A stretch of DNA of 64,000 nucleotides, taken from NCBI GenBank assembly GCA_030141605.1, contig JAQGDQ010000443.1, positions 62,001 through 126,000 on the forward strand, given 5' to 3'. Within the stretch, counting starts at the first letter, position 1. Every line of letters begins with the position of its first letter. Below are positions 35,679 through 49,684 of this stretch, one piece after another. This DNA comes from Tubiluchus corallicola. Taxonomy: Eukaryota; Animalia; Priapulida. A program made the position numbers and the translations under genes. The notes under the pieces were generated by a model. It had not been told where the DNA came from. It was given only the letters and a program-made list of their open reading frames with translations, and made no database searches.

Positions 35679-36367
35679 GCTGCTTGTAGGATCGTATAAG
35701 CCTCCGTCTCTTAGTGACACAAACTTCACAAGTGATATGACTAAATCTCTTGACAAAGTATTAACATTCTACGATAACATAGCACTGGTCGGGGACTTTA
35801 ACTTCGATCTATTGAGACCAGAAAAAAAGTGGTCCCCTTGTTGAACTTTGTGATATTTTTGATCTCACAAATCTAGTCAAAGAACCCACCTGTTTTACCA
35901 AACGTTTTGAACCATCTCTTATTGACTTAGTATTAACCAACAGACCAAACTCTTTTGCCAAAACTCTTGTCTGTTATACTGGATTAAGTGATGTCCACAA
36001 GCAGGTTTTCAGTGTAATGAAAACTCACTTGAAATCGAAGCCAAATGGAACAGCCAAATACAGGTGCTACAAAAACCGTGATCAGGATGAACTGGTCCAT
36101 GAAGTCATATCTGCCCCTTTCCATGTTGCATCAATATTCGATCATATAGACGATGCATGCTGGATGACCACCAAGTTACTAACTGACATTGTGAACCAGC
36201 ACATTCCAGTCAAGGAAAGAAAACTGAAACGGCAAAAGGCACCATGCATGAACGGGAAGTTAAGAAAGGAACTAAACTACAAGAACAATCTGAAACGCAT
36301 TTGGGAAAGATAAAGAACTAAACGAAATTGGAACAAATATCGTGTTCAACGAAACAAGGTCACTGCC
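35679..36367 (+). pseudogene. Disrupted APE endonuclease/linker part of LINE ORF2
   Basis: YKPP, GDFN, then a frameshift at the A7 run near 35822-35828, then PTCF, IDLVLTN, SDVH; in-frame TAA at 36311-36313. Confidence 0.9.
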
Positions 36368-38236
36368 TTGAAAGGGCAGGCCATTACAAACTATTTTATT
36401 GAAAGGTGTACCGGGGGGCCGAAATCAAAGGACTTTTGGCCAACCATCAAACCTTTCTTGAGTAAAAATTCAAAATCTGGGCAAGATATTTGCCTCCTGG
36501 AAAATGATTCTATCGTATCTGACCCTAAGTTAGTCTGTGATTTGCTCAATGATCATTTCTCTAAAGTAGCAAAGGACATCGATAGAGAACTTTCAGAGGA
36601 CGAGATTCAGAATCATCCAAGTGTTCTGAAATTTAGAGAAAACTTGAAAGACACTGAAAATTTTGATTTCAAGCCTGTTTCACAGGATCAGGTAAATAAG
36701 TACCTCAGTGCCATTGGTAACAAAAAGGCGATTGGCCTTGACAATATTCCTGTAAAAATTCTGAAACTAGTCAAAGAGGCCTCTCTGCCTCAATTAACTC
36801 TCGTAAATCAGATGTTTGACTGTTCAGTTTTTCCAGCTGAATTTAAGCATGCTCGCGTCACCCCAGTGTTCAAAAAAGATGATGCGTTGAACAAGAAAAA
36901 CTACCGTCCAGTCAGTGTTCTTCCTATAGCTTCAAAGGTGTTTGAGAGAGCCATGGTGGACCAGCTTGGCGACCATATGTCCCGACACTTTCACCCACTC
37001 TTGTCAGCCTACCGTAGTGGATACAACTGCCAGTCGGCACTGTTAGGGTTAACCGAAGAGTGGAGGAAGGTAGTGGATGCCGGTAACTATGTTGGTGCCA
37101 TCCTGATGGATCTTTCAAAGGCTTTTGACAGCCTTCCACACAATTTATTGTTGGAAAAGTTAAGCTGCTATAATTTATCAGAAAATGCTGTAAATTTGAA
37201 CAAAAGCTACTTTACTGACAGAAAACAACTTGTTCAGATCGGGAACGTCCAGAGCTCACCCCTTCCTATGGATAAAGGCGTTCCTCAGGGATCTTTAACT
37301 GGACCTGTACTTTTTAATTGTTTTATTAATGATATCTCCCATTTTGTCAGTAAATCCACCTTGTACAACTACACTGATGATAATACTGTTTCCTACTCCA
37401 GTAAATCATTTAATGATATGAAACAAACCTTAGAGGTTGAAAGTAATGCACTGGTCGACTGGTTTGCTTCCAACCAGATGGAAGCAAATCCGGGGAAGTT
37501 TCAGGGGATTGCTGTGGGCAAAATTACACACCACCTGAAACCTACTTTCAACATCAAAGGAGCGGATATTGAATGTACAGATGAGGTGAAACTTCTTGGT
37601 GTAAATATAGACTATCGCCTGAATTTTGACTTGCACATTTCAGCCCTGTGCAAAAAAGCAGCTAAACAGATTAATGTTCTACGCCGTATTGGGCGAAACT
37701 TGTCGGTAAAATGTCGAAAACTCATCTACCTTTCGTTTATCAAGTCGAATTTTAATTTCTGCCCTGTAATCTGGCATTTCTGTAGTAAATCAAATAGCCA
37801 GAAGTTAGAGCGTTTGAATTTCAGAGCGCTCCGTCTAGTTTATAATGATTTCGAAAGTACCTACGAAAATCTATTGTTTAAAGACAATTTTGTGTCTCTT
37901 CAACTTCAGAGACAACGTCTCATTGCTATCGAAGTATTCAAGATTTTGTCCAAAAATTGCCCGTCCTATCTCTATGGACTGATAGAGGAACGAAAGCAAA
38001 ACCGCTACTTCCTCAGAAAAATAAACACTGCAGAACACCCTACATATGATGGTGTTACATATGGCAAGAAAAGTTTCTCCTATTATGGAGCCACATTGTG
38101 GAATGAATTACCAAACTGTCTTCGAATGGCCGAAAATCTTGGGGAATTTAAACGTCTAATTAACTCATGGACTGGTGTATCATGTAAATGTGCCATTTGT
38201 AAATTCAGCGAACTTCCCAATTTTGTTAAGTCATAA
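36368..38236 (+). CDS. LINE ORF2 reverse transcriptase domain (622-aa open remnant, CR1 group)
   Basis: NYRPVSVLP, DLSKAFDS, GVPQGS, YTDD (vs YADD), LGV, LWNELP and C-terminal CKCAIC. Confidence 0.93.
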   Translation: MKGQAITNYFIERCTGGPKSKDFWPTIKPFLSKNSKSGQDICLLENDSIVSDPKLVCDLLNDHFSKVAKDIDRELSEDEIQNHPSVLKFRENLKDTENFDFKPVSQDQVNKYLSAIGNKKAIGLDNIPVKILKLVKEASLPQLTLVNQMFDCSVFPAEFKHARVTPVFKKDDALNKKNYRPVSVLPIASKVFERAMVDQLGDHMSRHFHPLLSAYRSGYNCQSALLGLTEEWRKVVDAGNYVGAILMDLSKAFDSLPHNLLLEKLSCYNLSENAVNLNKSYFTDRKQLVQIGNVQSSPLPMDKGVPQGSLTGPVLFNCFINDISHFVSKSTLYNYTDDNTVSYSSKSFNDMKQTLEVESNALVDWFASNQMEANPGKFQGIAVGKITHHLKPTFNIKGADIECTDEVKLLGVNIDYRLNFDLHISALCKKAAKQINVLRRIGRNLSVKCRKLIYLSFIKSNFNFCPVIWHFCSKSNSQKLERLNFRALRLVYNDFESTYENLLFKDNFVSLQLQRQRLIAIEVFKILSKNCPSYLYGLIEERKQNRYFLRKINTAEHPTYDGVTYGKKSFSYYGATLWNELPNCLRMAENLGEFKRLINSWTGVSCKCAICKFSELPNFVKS

Positions 38237-39139
38237 TTAAATGCTGAATGTGTTGGCAAGAAAAATTTTTATTGACCTAGATAGCTTTTTGTGTAAATTT
38301 TAGAAAATGTTACTGCCTAAAATTTTACTGTCTCAAATTTTTACTGTCTTCATGTAGTTATGAATTTTTCTCTGCTGGTATCCAAAAGATTTTAAGAAGT
38401 ACATATTATTACCATGTTATCGCTCATATACATTATGTTTGATATGGGTTTACGAGCTTTAAGCTCATGTTTTACAAATATGTACTGTTTTATATCATAC
38501 CGATGAAAATAAATATTATCTTATCTTATCTTTATCTTATCTTATTTGCAACAGTCTTGTTCGCGTCTTTTGCTTTACTAATCTGTATCTGATCACTCAT
38601 GTGTCAAGACGATCAGCACAAGAACCTCAGTGATTCTGATTTTTTAAAAAGTCTGTATTTCAATTACTCCAGCCTGTGTGTGTCTGCTGTACGATTCTTA
38701 GAAACATTATAACACGTTATCAGAGTGAACAAATCTGACGCGCTCAAGTACGTATTAAGAATCAATTTAGTGTCCCATCACGCAATTTAATTCAAATCAT
38801 AGGGCCGGTTTATAGCACCAAGCTTTATTGTTCGAAATTCACTGGAAATTAATAGATTTTGCACGAGGTGGCTCGAATAGTGAATTTGTGGGTATGAAAA
38901 TGACTATTTCATCTGCAGGAGGTAGTCATGATGGTGATCCTTATTTCCGGTTTGTGGAATGACTTCATTTGTACCTGATTGAGTTGCAATTAAATGTAAT
39001 TAAACAACAATTTAGCTCACTATGCTTATATATGCTGATCCACGAATATGTGACAAATACGAACTAAGTTAAGAAAAGGCTAGTTAGAAAAAATCTAAAC
39101 TGCTTGGTACATAGTGAACTTCTTTCATTAATTGTGGCT

Positions 39140-39400
39140 TTTTTATAATTATTATTTTTATTATTTATTGTATTTTAGACATTTGAAGTCCATAAAACAA
39201 GAATAAAAATAAGGCACAAGTGAAAATGCACAGAGTTAGTTTACAAAATTACAAGAATGTGTCAGTTAGAACAGGTATACAAAATTCTTTGCCAGGACTT
39301 AAAAATGTTCGATCTAAAAATTATATCAGCATTGTACAGCAACTTATTAATCGCTTGTCCACACCTGTTTTTTCAGCTACAGTGATTGACACCCGTGCAT
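39140..39400 (-). mobile_element. Probable LINE 3' tail relic
   Basis: Minus strand is T-rich and ends AATAAA plus (AAT)n; no coding motif recognised. Confidence 0.3.
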
Positions 39401-41755
39401 TTTTTCTTCTTCGTCTTCCCGTTTAGAATTTATCACTACGGTCACTGGACACAACATAACCCAGGCGCGTACATGCATAATTTGCAAATTATGAGACGTG
39501 ATAAATTAATTTAATTTGTCGTGGCGTCTCATTTTAATGTAACAAATTTGTAATGAATTTCGTGTCTATTAATTAGTATTTACAGTAATATTATTATATA
39601 AATTTTTGAACCTCAAGAAGGTGCAACATTGCACATCTCTATCCTAAAACAGATGAAAATTGTAATAAAAATGTAATAAAACTCTTGCAAAGAGTGTAAG
39701 AGCACGCCGAAAGCGCTATATTTTCCTATTACAATTCAAGTTTAAAAGTCATAGTTATTTAATGAGTAAACCCAACATGCCTGCATTAAATGTTATTGCA
39801 CTATTTCAAGTATAGCATTCGGCTACGCTTGATATCATTTTTACTCATTCACTTTATTTGGGCCAATAACTTACCCTGGTCTCATGAGTCAAGTACGTAA
39901 TGGGGTCTCTTTATGACCCTCGTAAAACTCGAATCATTTAATCGTTTGCGATCTTCCATAGGGCAGAGTCGCTTTTTGACAAGCTCTGCAATGCTGGGCT
40001 ATAATGAAACTCGTAACAGAACTTGCGTTTCTGCTTGTATTTGTAATGCAGATTTTGTTTTTTATTTTTACACTGCAAACTTTCATTCGCCGTTTTGCCG
40101 ATAAAATGCACCCCGGAAAATTCAGAGTAGTACTAAATTAGTTTGCTGTTAACGAATCAATCCTAGATGGTGCGTGAGGGCTTACTTGGATAATGGAACA
40201 TGAGCACCAAGATACAAAAATGCAAAATAACATACGATGTAAATTTCTAGTTAAACGAAAAACATAAAAAGGCTGAAGCAATGAAAGTGCCAAAGATAAA
40301 AGAATTATTGGTAACTGTAGAGGTCTGCAGAAAAAGCCTTCCTTCAATAAAATGCTAAACGAATTTGGCCTTACAAGTAAGATCCCAGTTTGACAGCAAC
40401 GTCAACAAGATATAGATTGTTGTCAGCGAATGTAAACGACAGTGTCATAAATGACAACTTACCACAGAATTTGTGAATGTTTTTAGCCAGTTTGTCATTG
40501 AGTTAAAGCGCTAGACTGAAAGCAAAGAGAAATGCAGAGGAAGAACAATGAGATAAGGAAGACTGCTCAACTGAAATAAAATAATATTGATAGTAAACAT
40601 CTATCCGTGCAAGCTATTCATATTAACATGGAGTCGAGTGCACTAGTAATTATTATTGTTCAGCGTTAGAAAGATTTTCTTGCTTTTATAAACTAAACTC
40701 ATTTCTAAACAATTAATTAAACTGAGCAAGCGGCGCTTTAACTGCTTTAAGAATAAACGTACTTCTTGTTTTAGAAAAAAAGCGGAATAGAAAAAAATTG
40801 TTTATACTGTTTCCAATGCACTCGGTTATTCTTTTTGTGCTGCTATTCCTATTGATTGTTTGCAGGCTGTTCGGCAGGTGGAAACGCAACCGCATGCCAC
40901 ATAAAAGTGACTTTACTCACTCATTTGAGCAACTTTGCTGAAATTGAGCGCATGCGTGTAGTTTAGAAGCTCAACTGAGTAACAAATAAGTTTATACTGA
41001 GTTCACACATTAAGTATTAAAATACAAGTTTTCGTTAAGTTGTGGTTCCAGTTGAATCGGCTAGTAAAGACATTCGGTTTTGGATTTCGGTGAGAATTCG
41101 GTTTTCACAACTTAATAATCATGTACTTAGCCACGGTTGTAAGGACACTACTGGAAATATTGTTAGTGAAAATTGTTAGTGTGGATATCACAGTGTAAAT
41201 ATTCACCATTGTCTGTTTGATTGCCCTTTATATATTACAAGCAGACGTCAACTCCATCAAAATCTCTATGATTTATTTACTCATAATACCATTGCTGTTA
41301 ATTTCATTCACAGTATAATGTATCCACAGTATTCACAGTATTCACAGTATAATTCACAGGATAAAATATCAACTCTCCTATTTGGTAATCCGCAACTAGA
41401 CCACGTTCAAAATGTTCTCATATTTAAATTAGTGTAGAGATATGTTAAGGAGACCAAAAGGTGGAAATTGGTCAATATGCAGTACTTTACAGTTTAAATT
41501 AGTTAGAAATTAGCTAACTGACAGAGTATAATGCATTTGTTCTCATGTAATATCCCCCGATGCTTTATTGTCAATTAGTTCTGTATATATTTTGTAATTT
41601 TCGATGTACTTACAAGACCGAGGTACAAATCAGTTTTACTTAGACTGTTCACATTAGATTTTACAACATAACAAATAAAAACGTGCTTATAACTGAAAAA
41701 GGTATTCGGTTATTCGTGTGCCGAAAGTGAAAGTGATTATTCGTGAAAGTTTTTT

Positions 41756-42027
41756 GTGCAGGTGGCGAGTGTTTGTGCCTGGTGTCAATCTGGTAATCTT
41801 GTGCAGGTAGTGAGTGGTTGTGCCTGGTCTCAATCTGGTGATTTTGTGCAGGTCGCGAGTGATTGTGCCTGGTCTCAATCTGGCAATCAAGTGTAGTTAA
41901 CGAGTGGTTGTGCCTGGTTTCAGTCTGGTAATTTTGTGCAGTTAATAAGTGGTTATGCCTGGTTTCAATCTGGTAATCTTGTGCAGTTAATAAGTCTGGT
42001 TGTGCCTTGTTTCAATTTGGTAGTCTT
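41756..42027. repeat. 45-bp minisatellite, ~6 units
   Basis: GTGCAGGTRGCGAGTGRTTGTGCCTGGTYTCAATCTGGTAATCTT repeated in tandem. Confidence 0.93.
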
Positions 42028-43343
42028 GTACTAATGTAATGTAACTAACAAGAAAAAAGAACAGCGTTTTATTCAAAGCTATAGCAGGCAATGTGATCCC
42101 AAAGTTTATTCAGCTGTTCTGTATAAAAAGCGACCATGGCGTAGATCCATGACAGGTGCAGCCTTATAATAGATTTATAATTGCAATTAAAATTCTCGTG
42201 TGTATGTAATTAGATTGTTGTTGCATTACCAACGGCATCATCACGTCGTATTTAGCAGTCTGATATTTGTAATTTTGTTCTAGGTGTCAGAAATTAGGTG
42301 TCCGTGTCAGACAGATAACTGCTTATATGTAAAAACTTGTGAAAACTTTATTTTAGAATATTTGTAAAATCATTATGTATAGTGTCAGGATAACCTGCTG
42401 TTCTACCATGTCTATGAATAATTGTGTTACGGCGATGAAAAGTATATTATTTTTGGGCTTCTTTTATTAGCGTATTTTATGTGTTCTCATTTCTTCATAC
42501 TATCGTTTTATTGCTGTTACTGCTGTTGCTGTAACCACTGTAGTTGCCACCATTCGCCATCAACACTGCCATCACTACTATGAACCTCTATTCATTATTA
42601 TGTATCTATAAAAGTGTTTGTCTAAAACATAATTTCTTTATCAAAAATGGCCATCTATAAGTGTCAAATTTGTCTTCTAAAACATCAAGAAAACCGCGAG
42701 TGTTTAGAACATTTTGAGTCCAATATAGTGATCTATTTTCAAATTAACTACGTGCACATCAGATCTTGCTTACTCTCGATTACAAAAACGTTTGCTTAAA
42801 CATTATGTATACACGCAAATATACATTTTTGCAGTGGTTTTAACTCATGGAAGTTTTTTAAAGTTTTGATTAGCATATCGTGTAGAATATTGTTATCAAG
42901 AAGATGTTTTCAACATCTCTGAATGATGTTCACAACTATAATATGAAAAGAAGGAAGATTTTCACGTAAATTACCTGTTCGCTGATATAAAAACTGGCAG
43001 GCAGCGGTCCAAGAATATAGACCACAGACCAGGGCCATAAAACATGTCACCAATACATTAGAACAGGCAATGAAAGTCTCAAATCAAGATTTTTACCACT
43101 CTTAGCTGTCATAAATCTACTGGACTTTCTAGCGCCGAGCATTTTATGTTTTAGGCAGCCATTGTGTCTTTTCGTTTGAGCTGGTTTTACTGCTATAGCA
43201 TAGCGCAAGAAAATATTCTATTACCTCACACGAACTGAATCTAAAAGAACCACAATGAATGAACAGCGAGACGTGAATCATTGCTGTTTCTGGTCGATTA
43301 TACTGTATTATCTCCTCTTGCTTTTCCATCGAACCTTTAATAT

Positions 43344-43442
43344 TAGTGATGGGACGAGTACTCGGTATCGGTATTTAGAATCTGAAAAATCGAACACTAT
43401 CAGGAATCGGAATCGGATTCGGAGAAAAATCATCCGATCCTT
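43344..43442. mobile_element. hAT-type MITE fragment
   Basis: TAGTGATGGG start with (GGTATC/GGAATC)n subterminal repeats. Confidence 0.45.
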
Positions 43443-44271
43443 AAAACGATTCCTTAACTTTTAATACAGTAACAGAGCGTATCAGAACTAACAAGTGACC
43501 AGTATTGCCAGGTTTAGCATATTTAAAGTATTTTTAGAGACACTTTAATGTATAACACTGTACCAGGGAGTATGAAGTGTTTTTATTGTCTTATTACAAT
43601 CTTGTGCAATGATCGACTTCTACGGAATCTATACTCTCAGCACTTCTCGCTTCTCAGTCTGGTTCCAAATTGCCGAAAGTCGATTTCATGGTTCATATGG
43701 CTCTTTAGATAAACTAGAATAGCTATCTTTTGTTTGTCGGTAAAAATATCTTTAAGATACAACATTTTTTTCAGTATTTATTGCAAACCAAATTGGTACA
43801 TATTTCAACACAACTGTAATGAGAAAGTACTTTTTTACATAATGTTATCAAAGCTTGAGGGGCCCTAGATTGCAGTCTATGCTACCTGCAAGACAATCCG
43901 GCCTACGATGTTATAATGCAGAAGTTTGGGGTCACTTTGTTACACTTATCATACTTCTCCTGCACTGTTTCTTTTTGAACACCCTGTACAAAGCTCTTGA
44001 TTGTTGTTGGTTTACTTTTTTCTCAACTTTGACGCTGACTGTCAAAATTGAGCGGCGTGAACTTTTGCGATAGAAGTATTAGTGAAAAATTGAACGTAAT
44101 CACCTTGCAATGTGCTCAAAGCGTTGATTTCTGCTGGCTGCAGTAATGCTGTTCTAGGCCACAGCGTTGACAAAGTCATCAATACACTCTATTGTAAAGT
44201 CAGGAAGAAGATCAAACGGCAAGACTTAAAGCGCAGTGACAACAAGCAGCATAAAATATTTTTCAAGTTAG

Positions 44272-44412
44272 TGGTCAATTCAATTCAATCCACCTTTTAT
44301 TTCAACAATAAAGTTGCCTTAGAATTCACTAAAAAAGATAAATTACTACACATACACAAACATACAAAATACTAACTCTTACCTAGTCAGGCCAGCACTA
44401 GGGTTCTCAAAC
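44272..44412 (-). mobile_element. Probable LINE 3' tail relic
   Basis: Minus strand ends AAATAAAAGGTGGATTGAATTGAATTG after a T-rich UTR. Confidence 0.35.
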
Positions 44413-45624
44413 ATTATTGTAACTAACCTATCGTCTTTCAAGCAAACATACAGTACTCTTATCGAAAAATATAATTGTGTTGTTTAAAGGAACACATTTT
44501 AAAGTCCGATAAAAGGTGTACCTTTTAACACGATTAATACTGCAAAAGCGTTTCTGATAATTAAATAAATAGATTGAAAACTTAATTAACGGCGGACGAG
44601 CCTAACTGTTGATGATATCACAAAACTAACATAATTTTCAACAGCAAAAATATTCCACGAGCGAGTTGCACGTGTTTGTGAAAGAGAAAATTGGAGTACA
44701 GTGCTACTGTAAGATGTTGTGTCGTACTAAAACTAGGCACGCTTCAAGATAAATTCAAATTTCAAATTTATCGTTGTGCTCACACAAGAGCTGTCGAACG
44801 TGTGTAGTTCGTCGCAAACTAACACATCTGAACTGAAAGATACAGCACCTGTTTTTGTGCAATGCGTTTCCGAAATGCAGGCGTTAGTGCCCGTCTAACT
44901 AGCGAATGGCGACATGCATGTAACAATGAAAAACTAGTGGAGCGAACGCGAAATTGTGCTTGTGTGGTAATAATTCTTCACAAACGCTTCAATCACAAAA
45001 CTGCTTCGCACAGGAATAGAGTGGTTGAGAGCTGACAAGCGGAAAATACAAAATTGATATAAAATTGCAATCAAGTATTAAAATAACTACATCAAGTGAA
45101 GTTAATAGGCGAAGGATTTGATTTAACTTTATATCGGGTGTTTCAAAAATCCCTTATTGTTTTCAAAAAATTGTTAAAAATTAGCAGCATTTACACCAAG
45201 AATCAAATTTCAATTTTGTTACTGAATCTCTGAGACTTTTGTGGCATCAAACCTGAGTTCTACCTCTACATACGTCTGTATACTGTATACCACGGCGCTG
45301 TTGTCCATATATTGTTATAATCATGCAACGTTTTTATATCGCTGCTCTAAAGTCAGCGTGGCAGCAGAAGCAAAAGCAGACTCAAAAAGATTATCACTTC
45401 CTGAGTTTACCACAAAATGAACACCTTTGGCCGATTTTCTGCAAAGAAAATTGAAAACCAGAATAGTGTAAGTTAAGAAACATCCTATACACGCGCTTCT
45501 CAATTTTGTCGTCAATTAAGGAATTATGAAACTCTTTGACGGCGGATGATTTTAAGTTAATACAAAATAAATGGAAAGGGGGACGTAAAAAGACGGATGC
45601 AGGAACAAAATCATTTTTATTTTA

Positions 45625-46008
45625 AAAGATGCCAAATTGTTCAGAAAAGTAATCGAGCCAAGGCATCCACTTCATAATCTGCTACCTCCAAAAAGAAAAA
45701 CGGAACGTCTTAGAACGCAGAAAGACTTAGTGCTTGTTTTCTAGACCCAAATCTAAGACAAAAAGGTAACTAATACTTTTATAAATAGATGTATTTTTAG
45801 ATGTAGATTACCACTAATTTTCATCTTTTACTTGTCTTTTAGTTTTATTTTCATTTTAAATTTATTTAATACCAAAATTTTACTTTGTTTTATAAACATT
45901 TTAGTGCCCAGGAATTTGTTTTAAATAAAGGTCTTATTTGATGTATTGTAAGTTTATTTGTATTTTAAATTGAAAGGTATTACTGACTTACTTGCTTACT
46001 TATTTACT
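45625..46008 (+). mobile_element. 3' fragment of a Rex1/Babar- or Daphne-like (CR1-group) LINE
   Basis: KDAKLFRKVIEPRHPLHNLLPPKRK...RPKSKTKR...NTFINRCIF, then a T-rich UTR and (TTAC)n tail. Confidence 0.75.
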
Positions 46009-46770
46009 AATTCGCGTTAAAAACAGATCAAACACTCGAACTACAAGAGCCACACCACTCAGACCACAAAACACCTCAGTAACAAATTCACATTGATGCT
46101 AACAGTTATCACGTAGGTCTATGATAATCACATATACAATTTGAAGATTTCTGCTACAAAAGTTATTCAAACTGGCTTTGTTTCAGTATTGTATTGATTT
46201 AAAACAGAAAAACCTTTGCGATGATAACACCTTATTGGCGTGATATATCGACTCACTGCACATCCATATTTAATCATAGTTAAACAGTCTGGTGTTGGCT
46301 AATGCGTGTAAAGAGTATGTCTAGATGACTGTAACTGTGTAAACATAAGAGTCATTGAAAACTTGAGTACACTTGTTGAAGAAGCTCTTGACAATATTAA
46401 GCAGGCAAGCTACATAGTATGATGCATGTGTGCAAGCAAATAAACAGATAAATTTGCTGTTCCAGAAAAATTGGATATTTAGTTACAAGCAAATTCGTTG
46501 TTTAGTGTTAAATATAAAGACATTTACACCAGGATATAACACTAACATATAAAGACAAAAGATCAGCGTATTTCGGTGAAAATCAGAAAACTTCAGGGTA
46601 AAAGTTATTTTAAAAACAAATTCAAAATGTGTCGCGCGTACACATTTTTTATTCCTTGTTGTTAGTCTTCACGCCATTCGACAAATTTGGCATCCTCTAA
46701 GTCAGGCTTACTTTTGCATTTGGTGGAATGAGTTTTTAAACTTCACAACACGGAGAAAGTGAAAGAGCGA

Positions 46771-46773
46771 AAG

Positions 46774-46811
<38 letters not shown>

Positions 46812-46860
46812 GGGAAGGGTCGGAGGGAGGGAGACAGGGAGAGAGAGAGGGGGAGCAAGG

Positions 46861-46915
<55 letters not shown>

Positions 46916-47000
46916 GAAAGGCGAAGCTGGGAGGCTGTGGGAGAGCAAACGAGAGAAAGAGAGGGAGGGACGAAGGGAGGGAGACAAGGAGAGAGAACAG
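46771..47000. repeat. (AT)n plus (GA)n polypurine tract
   Basis: Seen directly. Confidence 0.95.
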
Positions 47001-48390
47001 AGAGGCGAGGAAGTTTTTACGCTTTTCAATTTGAGTTAAATTCTTATTTTCATATTCATACTATCTCATGTCTCATATGTCTCATATTATTGTGTTAATG
47101 TATTAAATGTCACACTATTTGTGAATATGGCCGCTATGCATATTTCTTTTTTAATTTCTTAAGGTTATGCTGCCATGAGTGTAAGATAATCAAAACATCA
47201 GTCGTTATGTTATAACTAGAAAAGAATGGAAAAAGTAGAGATTCGGCTCTTCCACCAAATACATATCTTTTTGACCTCCCCAATAAGAATAAATTTTTGT
47301 CAAGTAATGCTAGCTGAGTGACCGGTTGAACGCAAGAATAAAACGTTCCAATGATAACAATATTTATTTTTCTTGAGTTAATGTAAGTGGCCTAGCCTGC
47401 CGCCTTAAACAAGTTTCCCAGATTTTTATCTCTGTTGCGCTCATATCCTTGTAATTTTGAACACATGTTAATTAGGATCAAATACGTTTTGACCTTTCTC
47501 AACTTTCTGACAAACACGTGATTCTAAGTACAAGAAGTGCATTCAACACACAACTTCAGCCTCAGATCCGGGCGCAAATGCAAAAAATGAAAAATCAGTT
47601 TTTCAGAAATGTTAATTCAGCGAAACTGAATGCATCGTTTGTCGATTAAATCATTTTCTGCATTCTCGTTAATAAATGGATTATAACCGGCCTCAATGAA
47701 ATTACTCTTAGTCAGCCATATTGTTTGCAATGAATTCCACGAATAGCATGACCGCGGGTCATAGAAAGATCCTGTAGTGGTGAAGCTCTCACACCCAGGG
47801 AGAGATAAACAAACATATTTTACCTTCAGCAATGTAGAACCCAGCTGATCTGATTTAGCTCGTCTAGGATGAGATGGATAGTCTCTCCCGCACTGGCTTC
47901 AGCTGATAAGCTCTATTGTTTATGAGCTGAACCTATCCCGGATGCTGCCCGGTTTTAATTAGTGCGACTGACCCATTTCAACTGACTAACATAGCCATTA
48001 CCAAGGTTTGTATCAAAGTACTTGTAGAAGTGTGTTTTTTACACTTTGTAGTATATCAAACTTGGAATTACAAATAAAAAGATGAAATGTAGCGAGAAAA
48101 GGCTGCGTTTGCAAATTAAATAAAAGTACGTATTTGTGTTATTCTGTTGTGGTGAAGGTTTCCTAATTTCTATATTAAATTGCAATTTTTTCAGTCAGTA
48201 TCAGCTTTGTTAGAGTAGTAAATGTAATACCCCAACTTTTAAAATGGATTTTAATAAAATAAGGGCATAAGTGTATAATAAATATATCCACAGGCTACTA
48301 CATCAAACAACTTGAACAAAACTTGCATTTATTCACATAATATGAATAAAATACATTCTGACCTCAAGCCAGCTACTAAAACAACATACG

Positions 48391-48558
48391 TTATCAATGA
48401 AGATACAAACTCACAATGAATTAAATTTTGATACCAAACTTCAAAGACAGGAAAAATTGTGATACAGCCTGGATTTGAACCAGGACCATTACAAGACAGC
48501 GCCTTAGTCCACTAAACCACCGTATCGTCCACGATTAAGGCATTCCAATGTTCAGCCC
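48391..48558 (-). mobile_element. tRNA-TIR family, copy 2 (one arm plus tRNA head)
   Basis: Minus strand TTGGAATGCCTTAAT..ATACGGTGGTTTAGTGGACTAAGGCGC..GGTTCAAATCCAGGCTG matches 27663-27755. Confidence 0.75.
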
Positions 48559-49294
48559 TTATATTAGAGTTGGGCATTTCTCTATTTGTTAAACCTTCAG
48601 CATTTCTTGTGTTGCTTACTCACATTAGATTAATTCTAACTAGTGAGATTGTTTTTTATTTTTGACCAAGTTTGAGCCTGAAATTTATTTTGATTAATTT
48701 TGAGCATGAAAGAGATTTTCCGTCTTTCAAGTCAGGTATTAAAATTTATTTAATAGTGTGTTTGTACTACCACCAAAACAACAATGGAGCTTGCACTTTC
48801 ACTGCTTTTAATAGTTTCTTAAAATCCACATCAAAAGCGCGCCAAATTAATGCGTGTAGTGATTATAGGGCTACAGTCAGCTGCGTTAATGAAATACCAG
48901 AGCAGTAACATTACTATAATGACCGCTAATATCCAAGTCTGAAACCCTGGCTACATATTGCTGCACATGACAACACACAACCAAGTAATTATGCAAAGTA
49001 CGCTATTAATAAATGTACCTCGTTATTGCTATTAATAAATACTTGTTAGGCATGTGCACATTGAAATGATCTCTGAAAGAAATATAAAAAATTTACAACA
49101 TTGTAACAAACTACATTCTACTTGACTGTTTCACTGAAAGTGTACCCTAGACGATAATAATTTCTGCTGTATGTTATCATTTTTGTGACAATATACAGTA
49201 CATGGCAACTGCATGTCTGTATCATAAATATGACAGGTGCCATGTTTTCACTCGAGACATGTTTTTTTCTCTAAGTTGGTGATTTACATACATG

Positions 49295-49684
49295 CAGAGC
49301 TGAATAGGCTAGTATAGGTTGCCGCCTAGGGCCCCCTCAAGCCTGGAGGGGGGGGGGCATGCGTTGCTTTGCCGAATATAACCTAAAAAAATTCAACTTT
49401 GAAAAAGGAAGCTCCTCATTTGAGATAAAGGATCCCTGTTTGGGGCCATTTATTTACGAAATTTACGATAATGGCCCTTGTTTGATGCCTTTTATTTGAA
49501 ATAAGTGCCCCTCTTTGAAGCACTTTATTTGAAATATGGGGCCCCAGTCATGAAAATGTTACTAAAATATATCACAACTAAAAATATTCGAGACGAGTGC
49601 GAGCAAATTAGAGGGTGGCTCCGTCTGAGGGGGCCCCATAATTTCGTTAGCCTTGGGGCCTCAAAAGGTCATAATCCGGCCCTG
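49295..49684. mobile_element. hAT-superfamily MITE (390 bp)
   Basis: Termini CAGAGCTGAAT / ATCCGGCCCTG (CAGGGCCGGAT type); 8-bp TSD CATACATG/CCTGCATG (6 of 8 match); GGGCCCC subterminal motifs. Confidence 0.8.

Larger units (their letters stand above)
35679..38547 (+). mobile_element. 5'-truncated CR1-group non-LTR retrotransposon (LINE)
   Basis: APE and RT coding region, 3' UTR, AATAAA, (ATCTT)n tail; TSD GCAACAG at 35672-35678 and 38548-38554. Confidence 0.95.
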
